Notes under the pieces: model-generated
The model's input: the letters and a program-made list of their open reading frames with translations, nothing else
Database searches by the model: none
Told to the model about the DNA's origin: nothing
Program-made: the position numbers and the translations under genes
NCBI GenBank assembly: GCA_038087875.1
Contig: CM075996.1
Location: forward strand, 5,210,001-5,274,000
Origin: Malacoraja senta
Lineage: Eukaryota
Length of the DNA: 64,000 bases
Direction of reading: 5' to 3'
In this document: in pieces, positions 41,701-47,900 of the stretch
Numbering within the stretch: position 1 is the first letter of the stretch
Layout of the letters: every line of letters starts with the position of its first letter

Positions 41701-44353
41701 TAGGTTGCAGAGAAGTCTAGAGGGCATGGGTTTTAAAGTGAGAGGGGAATGATGTGAAGTGGCAGTTTTGCACACACACAGGGTGTTGTAGAGATGAACA
41801 AACAGCCCGAGGAGCTGGTAGAGGCAGGTACAATTACAACGTGACAAAAATACAGACAGAAAGGGCTGGAGTAACTCAGAGGGTCCGGCAGCATCCCTGG
41901 ACAACATGGATAAGTGACGTTTTGGGTCAGGACCTTTCTTCAGACCACAGATCCTATAGCGAGCAAGATAGCCCACTCGACGAAAAAGACGTAGTACGGT
42001 CATGGGCAGATTCATGGGTAATTTTAGGCCCCATTTCCGTAACCGGCTTCCGTCTCCGCACCAAAGATCCCATAGGATACTAGTGCGGAGACGGAAGCCG
42101 GTTATGGAAACATTCCCATAAAAATAAAAGTTATTTGGTGAAAATCTTCTCCTCATTTTCAGAATTTAAATTTATTAACACAAACTGTTCCCCCGAAACG
42201 TTGATTACACTGCGGGTCGGATCGGGTTACGGAAATGGATGAAAAAAGGCCCACGTTCCGTTCCGTTGCGTACTACACGTCAGCCCATTGCATTTAGCAG
42301 GAGTGGTCTATCTTGCTCTGCTATAGGATCTTTGCTTCAGACTTTGCTAGAAGAAGGGTCTGAAGAAGGGACCCAACCCAAAACGTTATCTATCCGTACT
42401 CTCCAGAGATGCTACTTGATCCGCTGAGTCACTACAGCACTTTGTCATTTTTTGCAACCAGCGTCTGCAGTTCTTTGCTTCTACATTTGGCCCAGTACAT
42501 GGATCAGAAAGCTTTGGCGGGATATGGGCCAAAGACAAGCAAATGGTATTAGCTAAAATAGACATCATGGTCGGCATAGATGTGTTGGGCCGAAGGGCCT
42601 GTTTATTGTCACGTTTGCCAAGCTACATTGAAATACTTCTTTTGCATACAGCTCAGCAAGACTATCACTAAACATGGGTACAATCCCCCAGTTAGTACAG
42701 AATATACGGAACAGATCACTGAGTCCATACGCAAGTGGTGCCATTTTAGCGCCATTTTACTGTCCCAGCTGTACCTGGCGTTAAAGGCCCAGTGCAGCCG
42801 TCGCCTCCATTCTAGTCGTCCCTCTCCTTGCACGGCCCTCTTCAGCCCCTTGTTCCCCGGGGCTACCTCCCGCAGCCCACCTTGATAAGACCCCAGGTTC
42901 TTCTTACTGGGCCCTTTGTCCAGCGTCTGCCGTGGTCTCCCTCCCTCCATCCATCCTCCTCTCCAGTTCCCTGTCTTCCCAGTAATGAAGTCTGAAGAAG
43001 GGTTTCGGCCCGAAACGTTGCCTATTTCCTTCGCTCCATAGATGCTGCTGCACCCGCTGTGTTTCTCCAGCATTTTTGTGTACCTTCCCAGTAATGAATC
43101 TCTGTATGGGGAACAATGCCATAAAGCCCGTTGATGGTAACTATTGCCGCTGAAGCAATGCTGCCGCAGGAATATGTTTTATGGTTCCCCTTTAACCTGC
43201 TGTGTTTCACATTTTAACAGATCGGCTACCACTGCTGGCTATGTGGGAAAAACAGCAACAGCGAGAAGCAATGGGAGAGACACATCACGTCGGAGAAGCA
43301 CAAGGATAAGGTGTTCAACTCGGAGGAGGATCAGAACTGCTGGCAACACCGCTTCCCCATGGGAGAGTTCAAACTGTGTGAGAGGTGAGACACTGGGATG
43401 GTGTTGACGGAGCAAGAACTGCACAATGTACCAGCTAAACAGCTTATACATAGCACATGGGCGGAACGGTGGCGTAGCGGTCGAGCAGAGACCCGGGTTC
43501 GATCCTGACCTACGGGTGCTTGACTGTACGGAGTTTGTACGTTCTCCCCGTGACCTGCGTGGCTTTTCTCTGAGATCTTCGGTTTCCTCCAACACTCTAA
43601 AGACGTACAAGTTTGTAGGTTTTTAAGAAGGAACTGCAGATGCTGTAAAATCGAAGGTAGACAAAAATGCTGGAGAAACTCAGCGGGTGCAGCAGCATCT
43701 ATGGAGCGAAGGAAATAGGCAACGTTTCGGCCCGAAACCCTTCTTCAGACAAGTTTGTAGGTCTGAAGAAGGGTTTCGGCCCGAAACGTTACCTATTTCC
43801 TTCGCTCCATAGATGCTGCTGCACCCGCTGAGTTTCTCCAGCATTTTTGTGTACCTACAAGTTTGTAGGTTAATTGGCTTGGAATATAAAATGTAAAAAT
43901 CTCCCCGGTGTATGCAGGACAGTGTTAGTCGCTGGTCGGCACGGACGCGTGGGCCGAATGGCCTGTTTCCCGCGCGGTATCTCTAAGCTAAACTAGTGTT
44001 GGAGTAGCTCAGCATGTCAGGAGACTGAAAGTTATTGAAGTGTTGAAGGGCATGTCTCGGGTGGACATTGTCTTCCATGTTGGAAGGATGTGGACTGGAC
44101 AAGTGGGGGGGGGGGGGGGGGAATAGCTGCTGTTTGAATGACGCCCACTCTTCCCTTTCCCAGACACAAGAAGAAGAGCTGTACCGACGGTGATAGCTGC
44201 CGCTTTGCCCACAGCCAGGCAGAGCTGAGCGAGTGGCTTGAACGCCAGGAGATCCTGAAAATGAAACTGGCCAAAGCCAAGAAGGACATGCTGATCACCC
44301 CGGAGGACAATGATTTTGGCAAATACAGTTTTTTGATGAAAGACTTAAATTAA
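5707..44353 (+). CDS. zc3h7a: Zinc finger CCCH domain-containing protein 7A (TPR repeats, CCCH fingers, C2H2/matrin-type finger); 22 coding exons, 2937 nt, 978 aa
   Basis: Spliced model: 5707-5774, 7796-7835, 10011-10208, 11441-11599, 14042-14122, 14967-15023, 16649-16691, 17065-17324, 19891-20140, 22095-22150, 23655-23814, 28248-28409, 29954-30159, 31465-31565, 33709-33890, 35097-35173, 38028-38161, 39487-39592, 40050-40158, 40524-40657, 43221-43384, 44164-44353. All introns are GT-AG, phases are consistent and there is no internal stop. A-type signatures as recalled: SPLPYPGSQ, AKCSFAVPQDENVVKLTQE, FAYCQEEIDVWTLERKGA, WLKSQK, KQIHMPTDYA and the C-terminus DNDFGKYSFLMKDLN*. Family is secure; paralogue (A vs B) is slightly less so. 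Confidence 0.9.
7796..7835 (+). CDS. zc3h7a: ZC3H7A coding exon 2 (SPLPYPGSQDEYE)
   Basis: cttctcccaccag| ... GAG|GTACAT; phase 2 to 0. Confidence 0.88.
9357..9664. mobile_element. Harbinger-type MITE (about 320-bp family), right TIR with a small deletion
   Basis: GGGCTGTCCCACTGTACGAGCT ... AGCTCGTACAGCCCCT-TTA; interior homologous to the 11910 and 17456 copies. Confidence 0.82.
10011..10208 (+). CDS. zc3h7a: ZC3H7A coding exon 3 (TPR; TFLHQLVKNLLEEGNELYR...YVNRATCYFSM)
   Basis: Lies in ORF 9990..10250; gttaag| ... ATG|GTGAGT. Confidence 0.93.
11441..11599 (+). CDS. zc3h7a: ZC3H7A coding exon 4 (TPR; GVHEKALEDCESAL...AKCSFAVPQ)
   Basis: Lies in ORF 11435..11629; tttttgcag| ... CAG|GTGAGT. 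Confidence 0.93.
11910..12228. mobile_element. Harbinger-type MITE (about 320-bp family)
   Basis: TTA-AACCCCTGTCCCACGGTACGA ... TCGCACCGTGGGACAGGGCCA-TTA. Confidence 0.88.
14042..14122 (+). CDS. zc3h7a: ZC3H7A coding exon 5 (DENVVKLTQELAQKLGLRIRKAYIRAQ)
   Basis: tatatttag| ... CAG|GTAAGG. Confidence 0.92.
14967..15023 (+). CDS. zc3h7a: ZC3H7A coding exon 6 (PDVETVGLTPIGNSVNSGH)
   Basis: Strong acceptor cccctttttcag| and donor |GTAAGT, phase 0-0; poorly conserved linker, supported mainly by splice signals. Confidence 0.7.
16649..16691 (+). CDS. zc3h7a: ZC3H7A coding exon 7 (ISINGTSDIDDIES)
   Basis: ttctcccacag| ... G|GTAAGT; contains the family IDDIE motif. Confidence 0.85.
17065..17324 (+). 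CDS. zc3h7a: ZC3H7A coding exon 8 (...DGEIIGEDLDTLLDS...)
   Basis: Lies in ORF 17067..17345; ttctatgcag| ... ACG|GTAAGG; family LDxLLDS motif. Confidence 0.88.
17456..17786. mobile_element. Harbinger-type MITE (about 320-bp family) with perfect 41-bp TIRs
   Basis: AAGCCCTGTCCCACGGTACGAGTTCATTCCAAGAGCTCTCC and its exact inverse; flanks TAA/TAT. Confidence 0.9.
18992..19770 (+). mobile_element. Internally deleted HERO-like (RLE-clade) non-LTR retrotransposon
   Basis: 5' part translates CICGKLCKNHRGLKIHQARMKC...GEMQEEPGQDSPHRAQSL...RIEWP...EWLQFD and joins near 19277 to the C-terminus LCKVLNQLGITG...AIQSAREAAEKATRWLWIKRADPW; the 3' UTR is interrupted by a CR1 tail (~19497-19720). Confidence 0.78.
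19891..20140 (+). CDS. zc3h7a: ZC3H7A coding exon 9 (ASTTGTVPTNLP...LDSLDLFPGTEPQP)
   Basis: tatccgcag| ... G|GTAAGT; in frame with ORF 19933..20280. Confidence 0.82.
20581..21070 (-). mobile_element. Penelope-like element 3' fragment (GIY-YIG plus terminal repeat) inserted in a CR1 fragment
   Basis: Reverse-complement homologue of ~25010-25519. Confidence 0.88.
22095..22150 (+). CDS. zc3h7a: ZC3H7A coding exon 10 (ASRPMTPNNNKSAPSSFSL)
   Basis: gcttcaccag| ... TTG|GTGAGC; supplies the required phase 1 to 0 change. Confidence 0.75.
23095..23552 (+). mobile_element. L2-clade LINE 3' fragment
   Basis: LASLHWLPVRFRINFKILL..YKALNGLAPTY...GDRAFAVAAPRLWNS...FKSRLKTHL; tail tgtaaagcactttg...tgctatataaataaa. 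Confidence 0.9.
23655..23814 (+). CDS. zc3h7a: ZC3H7A coding exon 11 (...KNPLSDTHDLCQACSSCFIKT)
   Basis: ctttctgcaccag| ... CAG|GTAAAG; family NPL..TH...QAC..C motif. Confidence 0.87.
24243..24461. mobile_element. Palindromic (inverted dimer) Penelope terminal-repeat element with 14-bp target duplication
   Basis: Arms meet at cttcttcagaagaag; tccctctacacttt at 24229-24242 and 24462-24475. Confidence 0.85.
24710..25519 (+). mobile_element. Penelope-like element 3' part (GIY-YIG endonuclease, Neptune-like Cys linker) plus terminal repeat
   Basis: ORF 24811..25308: PCNRKRCNTC...NLIYCIRCSRCQLIYIGETKRRLGDRVAEH...PVAQHFN...RKLEE...GLN; followed by a C-rich tract and the CTGAAGA...GAAA repeat. Confidence 0.92.
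27605..27903. mobile_element. Harbinger-type MITE with long (~67 bp) TIRs, inserted in a CR1 3' fragment
   Basis: TAA-AGCCCCTGTCCCACTTTCCCGAGTTACTCACGAATTCTCCC ... GGGAGAATTCGTGAGTAACTCGGGAAAGTGGGACAGGCCCT-TTA. Confidence 0.88.
28248..28409 (+). CDS. zc3h7a: ZC3H7A coding exon 12 (DHKCKKDLLIGR...WKRLRPRP...YYLCK)
   Basis: Lies in ORF 28217..28423; gttttag| ... G|GTATGG. Confidence 0.93.
29954..30159 (+). CDS. zc3h7a: ZC3H7A coding exon 13 (CKYGNHCTFAYCQEEIDVWTLERKG...YLCE)
   Basis: tttctttccag| ... GAG|GTGAGA. Confidence 0.94.
30900..31176 (+). mobile_element. V-SINE (HE1-like tRNA-derived SINE); other copies at ~6905-7130, 32065-32365, 43465-43995, 50045-50340 and 63494-63777 (+), and 5073-5355, 15520-15770, 17795-18105 and 22250-22570 (-)
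   Basis: A-box GGTGGTGCAGCGG, B-box-like GGTTTGATCC, V-domain TTTGTACGTTCTCCC..GCGTGGGTTT..CCGGTTTTCCTCCCACA, tail GGGCCTGTTTC..GCTGTATCTCTAAACTAAA. Confidence 0.85.
31465..31565 (+). CDS. zc3h7a: ZC3H7A coding exon 14 (ECFDSKPRLISK...HDFEEN)
   Basis: ctgttacag| ... AA|GTGAGT. Confidence 0.92.
31705..32056 (+). mobile_element. tRNA-derived CORE-like SINE with L2-type tail
   Basis: A-box TGGCGCAATGG, B-box GGTTCGAATTCC, core-like GTGTCCTTGGGCAAGACACTT, tail TGTAAAGCGCCTTGAG...AAAGGCGCTATATAAAT(TAT)n. Confidence 0.85.
32570..33321 (-). mobile_element. Penelope-like element 3' fragment, second subfamily (GIY-YIG plus terminal repeat)
   Basis: ORF 32774..33100: NLIYCISCSRCQLLYIGETKRRFGDRFAEH. 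Confidence 0.9.
33352..33701 (+). mobile_element. Rex1/Babar-like LINE 3' end abutting the exon-15 acceptor
   Basis: FSPLPPGKKYRSVKTHTSRFRDSFFPAVVRQLN, then a 3' UTR and a (CTAAA)n-like tail. Confidence 0.75.
33709..33890 (+). CDS. zc3h7a: ZC3H7A coding exon 15 (CCCH finger CRHEVRYGCLREDSCNFAH)
   Basis: acccccag| ... CAG|GTACAC; ORF 33722..33949. Confidence 0.94.
34097..34888 (+). mobile_element. Penelope-like insertion: inverted terminal repeat, tandem arrays, GIY-YIG C-terminus and sense terminal repeat
   Basis: RLGDRFAEHLRSVR...PVAQHFN...RKLEEQHLIFRLG in ORF 34096..34695; flanked by ctc(t/c)gtacactag direct repeats. Confidence 0.88.
34134..34392. repeat. Perfect tandem array, 35-bp unit GTACACAAAAATGCTGGAGAAACTCAGCGGGTGCA, 7 copies plus 14 nt
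   Basis: Units start at 34134, 34169, 34204, 34239, 34274, 34309, 34344 and 34379. Confidence 0.95.
35097..35173 (+). CDS. zc3h7a: ZC3H7A coding exon 16 (IAHNEIVEESTKYWQCVEASANKLQ)
   Basis: catcttgcag| ... CAG|GTACCT. Confidence 0.9.
35351..35812 (-). mobile_element. L1/Tx1-like LINE 3' end
   Basis: Minus strand reads KFWKNTPIPTLKM.ISNMLDTAHLEEMRF...SPFIDFLE, then a T-rich 3' UTR and AATAAAA. Confidence 0.6.
38028..38161 (+). CDS. zc3h7a: ZC3H7A coding exon 17 (MKFVCGQCWRNGQVVEPDKSLKYCNAKIRH)
   Basis: Acceptor ttgcttgcttGAG| (rare GAG), donor GG|GTCAGT; highly conserved peptide. Confidence 0.88.
39487..39592 (+). CDS. zc3h7a: ZC3H7A coding exon 18 (WTKERRVMLVMSSERKKWVAIRPLP...QQYD)
   Basis: tttttgcgcag| ... 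GAC|GTGAGT. Confidence 0.93.
39667..39898. mobile_element. Harbinger-type MITE (232 bp) inserted in a SINE tail
   Basis: TGA-AGGGCCTGTCCCAC...TTCGGCGACTGCCAGCATCAT ... ATGATGCCGGCAGTCGCCGAA...GTGGGACAGGCCCT-TAA. Confidence 0.87.
40050..40158 (+). CDS. zc3h7a: ZC3H7A coding exon 19 (CCCH finger CSHVANGKKCLYIGNCSFAH)
   Basis: attttccag| ... A|GTGAGT. Confidence 0.94.
40524..40657 (+). CDS. zc3h7a: ZC3H7A coding exon 20 (DMQQVYEMWLKSQK...KQIHMPTDYADVG)
   Basis: tttccgtacag| ... GGG|GTATGT. Confidence 0.92.
41946..42334. mobile_element. Non-autonomous DNA transposon with 8-bp TSD and ~34-bp TIRs (P- or hAT-superfamily)
   Basis: CTTCAGAC-CACAGATCCTATAGCGAGCAAGATAGCCCACTC ... GAGTGGTCTATCTTGCTCTGCTATAGGATCTTTG-CTTCAGAC. 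Confidence 0.88.
43221..43384 (+). CDS. zc3h7a: ZC3H7A coding exon 21 (C2H2/matrin-type finger HCWLCGKNSNSEKQWERHITSEKH)
   Basis: ttttaacag| ... AG|GTGAGA. Confidence 0.94.
43622..43855. mobile_element. Palindromic Penelope terminal-repeat element inserted in a V-SINE
   Basis: tacaagtttgtaggtt at 43606-43621 and 43856-43871, with a 14-nt copy at the centre (43749-43762). Confidence 0.85.
43758..43795 (+). ncRNA. Minimal type-I hammerhead ribozyme motif in a Penelope terminal repeat (representative copy)
   Basis: UAGGU-CUGAAGA-A-GGGU(UUCG)GCCC-GAAA-CG-UU-ACCUA: core CUGANGA/GAAA/UH, stem II, palindromic ACGU stem III and a 5-bp stem I. Confidence 0.65.
44164..44353 (+). CDS. zc3h7a: ZC3H7A coding exon 22, last (CTDGDSCRFAH...DFGKYSFLMKDLN*)
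   Basis: cctttcccag|; stop TAA ends 44353 (ORF 44138..44353). Confidence 0.94.
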
Positions 44354-44960
44354 TGGATAAAACCGGTTCAGTTTAATTGTTACTGAAACCTTTTAAATTT
44401 AAGGAGAATTGATTTTGATAACTTGATGGGTCGTCACGAATCGCGACCTCGTTACGCTGAGGTGATTCTTGTCGACTCGCTTGGCTGCATTTCTCTCCCG
44501 TCTTAAATGCAGTTGTTGCCGGAAAAGGGGAAAACGCCTACACAGCATCAAGTAGTGCTCACGACTGCTGCGGGTAGGGACGAAGGGGGTGGGGGGGGGG
44601 GTCTGTGCGGGTGCCGTAAGTGTGAGGTCAACGGGTCAAACACCTCCACGTTGACTGGTTTTACAAACCCTCCCCACACTACAGCACGGCGAGAGGTGGC
44701 TCTGTGAGTTGACTCTGTAGAACTGAGGAGCTGTTGACAGTCTCAGCCCACTTTCTTCACCGAGATCACTAATTGCTGTATTTTGAGGAACCCAGTTACT
44801 GTACCTCCCGACACAGCTCGTGTTGGAACTTGACCAGGGTTTTTTTATTTTTTATTTAACCTGTGATCGTTGGCCAACAATACTTGCAGGTGCAAACAAA
44901 CTGTGATCGTATCACATAAATGGACATACCCTACCCTAGTGAGGTTGTAGTGCAGTGAGA

Positions 44961-44986
44961 AATAAATATGGGGGGGGGGGAATAAA
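44961..44986 (+). promoter_or_regulatory. Candidate proximal polyadenylation signals (two AATAAA) of ZC3H7A
   Basis: AATAAA at 44961 and 44981, about 610 nt after the stop; further candidates near 49423 and 51127. Usage cannot be determined from sequence. Confidence 0.35.
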
Positions 44987-47900
44987 TGCCAGAGAGTAGA
45001 AACAGGGCATCGCGATGCACAATTGTTAATATGACCAGGCTGAGAGGTTCACGTTTTTTTTAATATTTATGTTTAAGAAGGAACTGCAGATGCTGGAAAA
45101 TCGAAGGTAGACAAAAGTGCTGGAGAAACTCAGCGGGTGAGGCAGCATCTATGGAGCGAAGGAAATGGGCAACCAACGGTTTCGACCCGAAACGTTGCCC
45201 ATTTCCTTTTTAAAATATTTATTATGTGTTTGTCTCGGGTCAGCAGAGCTGTTTTAAAAAGGGAAAGATGGCGTTGGTTATGATTTGCCAAGGAACGTTA
45301 CTGAGATGTTAGCCAGATGACAACCTTGATTTCAACAGATCACATCCACCCAGGCCATCTCCTGAACTGATTTTTTTAAAGGAACGATGAGATACTTTAA
45401 AAGCATCAACTAGTGCCAGGCGCTAATATTCCCATTTTCTTCCTTTTACTCTCGAAGTCCAGCAAAGATATCCACTTTCCGTATTCTAACCCATCTGGTC
45501 ACTGTTGTGTGTGAATGTAGATGTTGGGGAGAGGGGTGTGTTGGCTCCACTCTCTTCGAGAGATGACAAAAGGGTCAGTGAGTGATCATCGAAAGGAAAA
45601 ACCCTGACTGAATTGTGTTGGTTTTGTTCGCCCTATTTGAACAGCCCAATGACTGAGGGTAGTTGTAGAAACCAGGAACTGCAGATGCCGGTTTACATTA
45701 AAATAAGACAAAGTGCTGGAGTAACTCAGTTGGTCGGGCATCATCTCTGGCGAAAAAGGATGGGTGACGTTTCCGGTCGGGTCTGAAGAAGGGTTCCCAC
45801 CCATAACATCTCCCGTCCTTATTCTCCAGAGATGCCGCCTGACCCACTGAGTTACTCCAGCACTTTGTGTCCACCTTAAGTCTAGGATTTTGTGGATTTT
45901 GCCCCAATCACCTACCAAAGCCAAGAAAGCGTTCCTTTAACTTCATTTTTTTTTGAGAGGGGAGAAAGGGCCAAAATATCTTTGACTGCACACTTTGGAT
46001 AGTTAAAAGAGAGAATTTTTGCGAATCAATGATTTGATGGATGGGCCAAAATAACAACTGCCTTGTGCATTAGTTGAATGCAATGTTATGGCTTTCTTCT
46101 GCTGAACAATAGTGCCACCCCCTTTATTCATACAGGGCTACTCCTCCTCAAACATGGCGCAGATGTATTTTAAAATTGATTAAACATCAGGTCATATGAA
46201 TTTGTTAATATCACGTTGGAAGTTATTGTTTGCCGAGTCTATTCAAGGAATCAATGGGCCATTCTATCTGAAGATTCACGGAAAGGCATCTTCCTCAGTA
46301 GGATTAGCCTGGTGTCCAGGAATGAACCTTCAGGACACCGTCATGTACAATCATGGGCCAAAGTCAAAAAGGGATTAAAACAAAAGAATGCATTGTTTGT
46401 TTCTGCAACCCATTCTGTCAGATGTCATCCAAATTGGTGTTCATTGTGAGTTTTGGAGAGGGGGTGAGTGTGTGTAAGTGTTTTTTTTGGGAAGCTGGCT
46501 TGTTACCAATAACACCTGATTCCTTTGTCTGAACTCATTCCATTTTACTGTTTTCTAGTAAACTTCTGTGTACTATTTTTTTTTTAAATATTAGAAGTTG
46601 TTTGATGGTTAAGAACCATCCATTCAGGCACGCAATGTCCTATTGCTTTTGGTTTCGGAAAGGTTGTGGAGCGATGCAAGATTGAATAAGTTGCATTGCA
46701 AATGTTGAACCTGGCACCAGTGCAATTAATGTAAGAAGGAACTGCAGATGCTGGTTTACATCGAAGATAGATAGGCACAAAAAGCTGGAGTAACTCAGTG
46801 GGTCAGGCGGCACCTCTGGAGAAAAGGAATAGGTGACGTTTCGGGTCGAGACCCTTCATCAGACTGTCTCGACCGGAAGCGTTACCTATTCCTTTACAAC
46901 AGAGATGCCGCCTGACCCGCTGATCCAGCATCTTCTGCCTATATTCGGTGCATTTACTAACTGGCCACGTGGGACCACATGCAGGAAGATGACCAACCAC
47001 AGTGGGCACAATAATGAGGGGGCATTAGTAACTGAAGGGATCAAGACCTCTGCATTAAACAGAAATAACATTTTACCACCCAACTTGCAAAATAGAAATC
47101 TTAAGATGTCCTCATCCATAACTGTGGGGTTACTGAGACGAAAGTGGAGATGGGGTAGGTCGTAACAGGAAAATATGCATGCTGTAATCATATTACTGTT
47201 GAATTAGTATTAGAGAAAAGAGGAATAGTTTCCCTCCTTCGTGTACCTGAAAATAAGCTTAAATAAGATTTGATAAGAAAGTTTGGCACAAGGCCATAGT
47301 TAACAGACAAACCTGGTTCAGTTAATTTTTTTTCTGCAACCATTTCTTTAGGAATCTAAGCAAGGTATGAATTTATGAAATTATGAAATAAGTAAGTGCT
47401 TCACATGTATCTTTGTTCAAATGTTATAAATATTATATTATTGATGGCATGAAGTAATTGTAAGGAATTGTAATTCAAATCATTGGAGATGGGACAAATC
47501 TTTTTTTCCCTCATTAAGCTTGTGTACTGCATTGCATTTGGCTGACAACGAGAGCGTGAGCCTTGAGTGAAAGAAAACAGAAGTATTCGGGTGGCAAAAG
47601 AAAAATCAGGTTTCAAATGCAAGTTATAGCGTTGGCGGATGAATTTGGCCTCTTCTCGTTGGTGGCCAGCTGGTGTTCTGATCATGGTAACCCCCGGCCA
47701 AAAATTGCATGTCGGGGCTGGACTTTGGCTGGGATGCCATTGACAGTCAAACAGCCCGCTGGATTAAATGCAAGAGTAGCCATGCACAAGAAGTCTGGCT
47801 GGGGTGGGATTGCTAATTCACAAGGGATTTTTACAGTGCTTCCATGTTAGTTTGTCACTGTGGAGTGCTGTGGCAACAGAGCAAAAAGGTCAAAGGTGCA

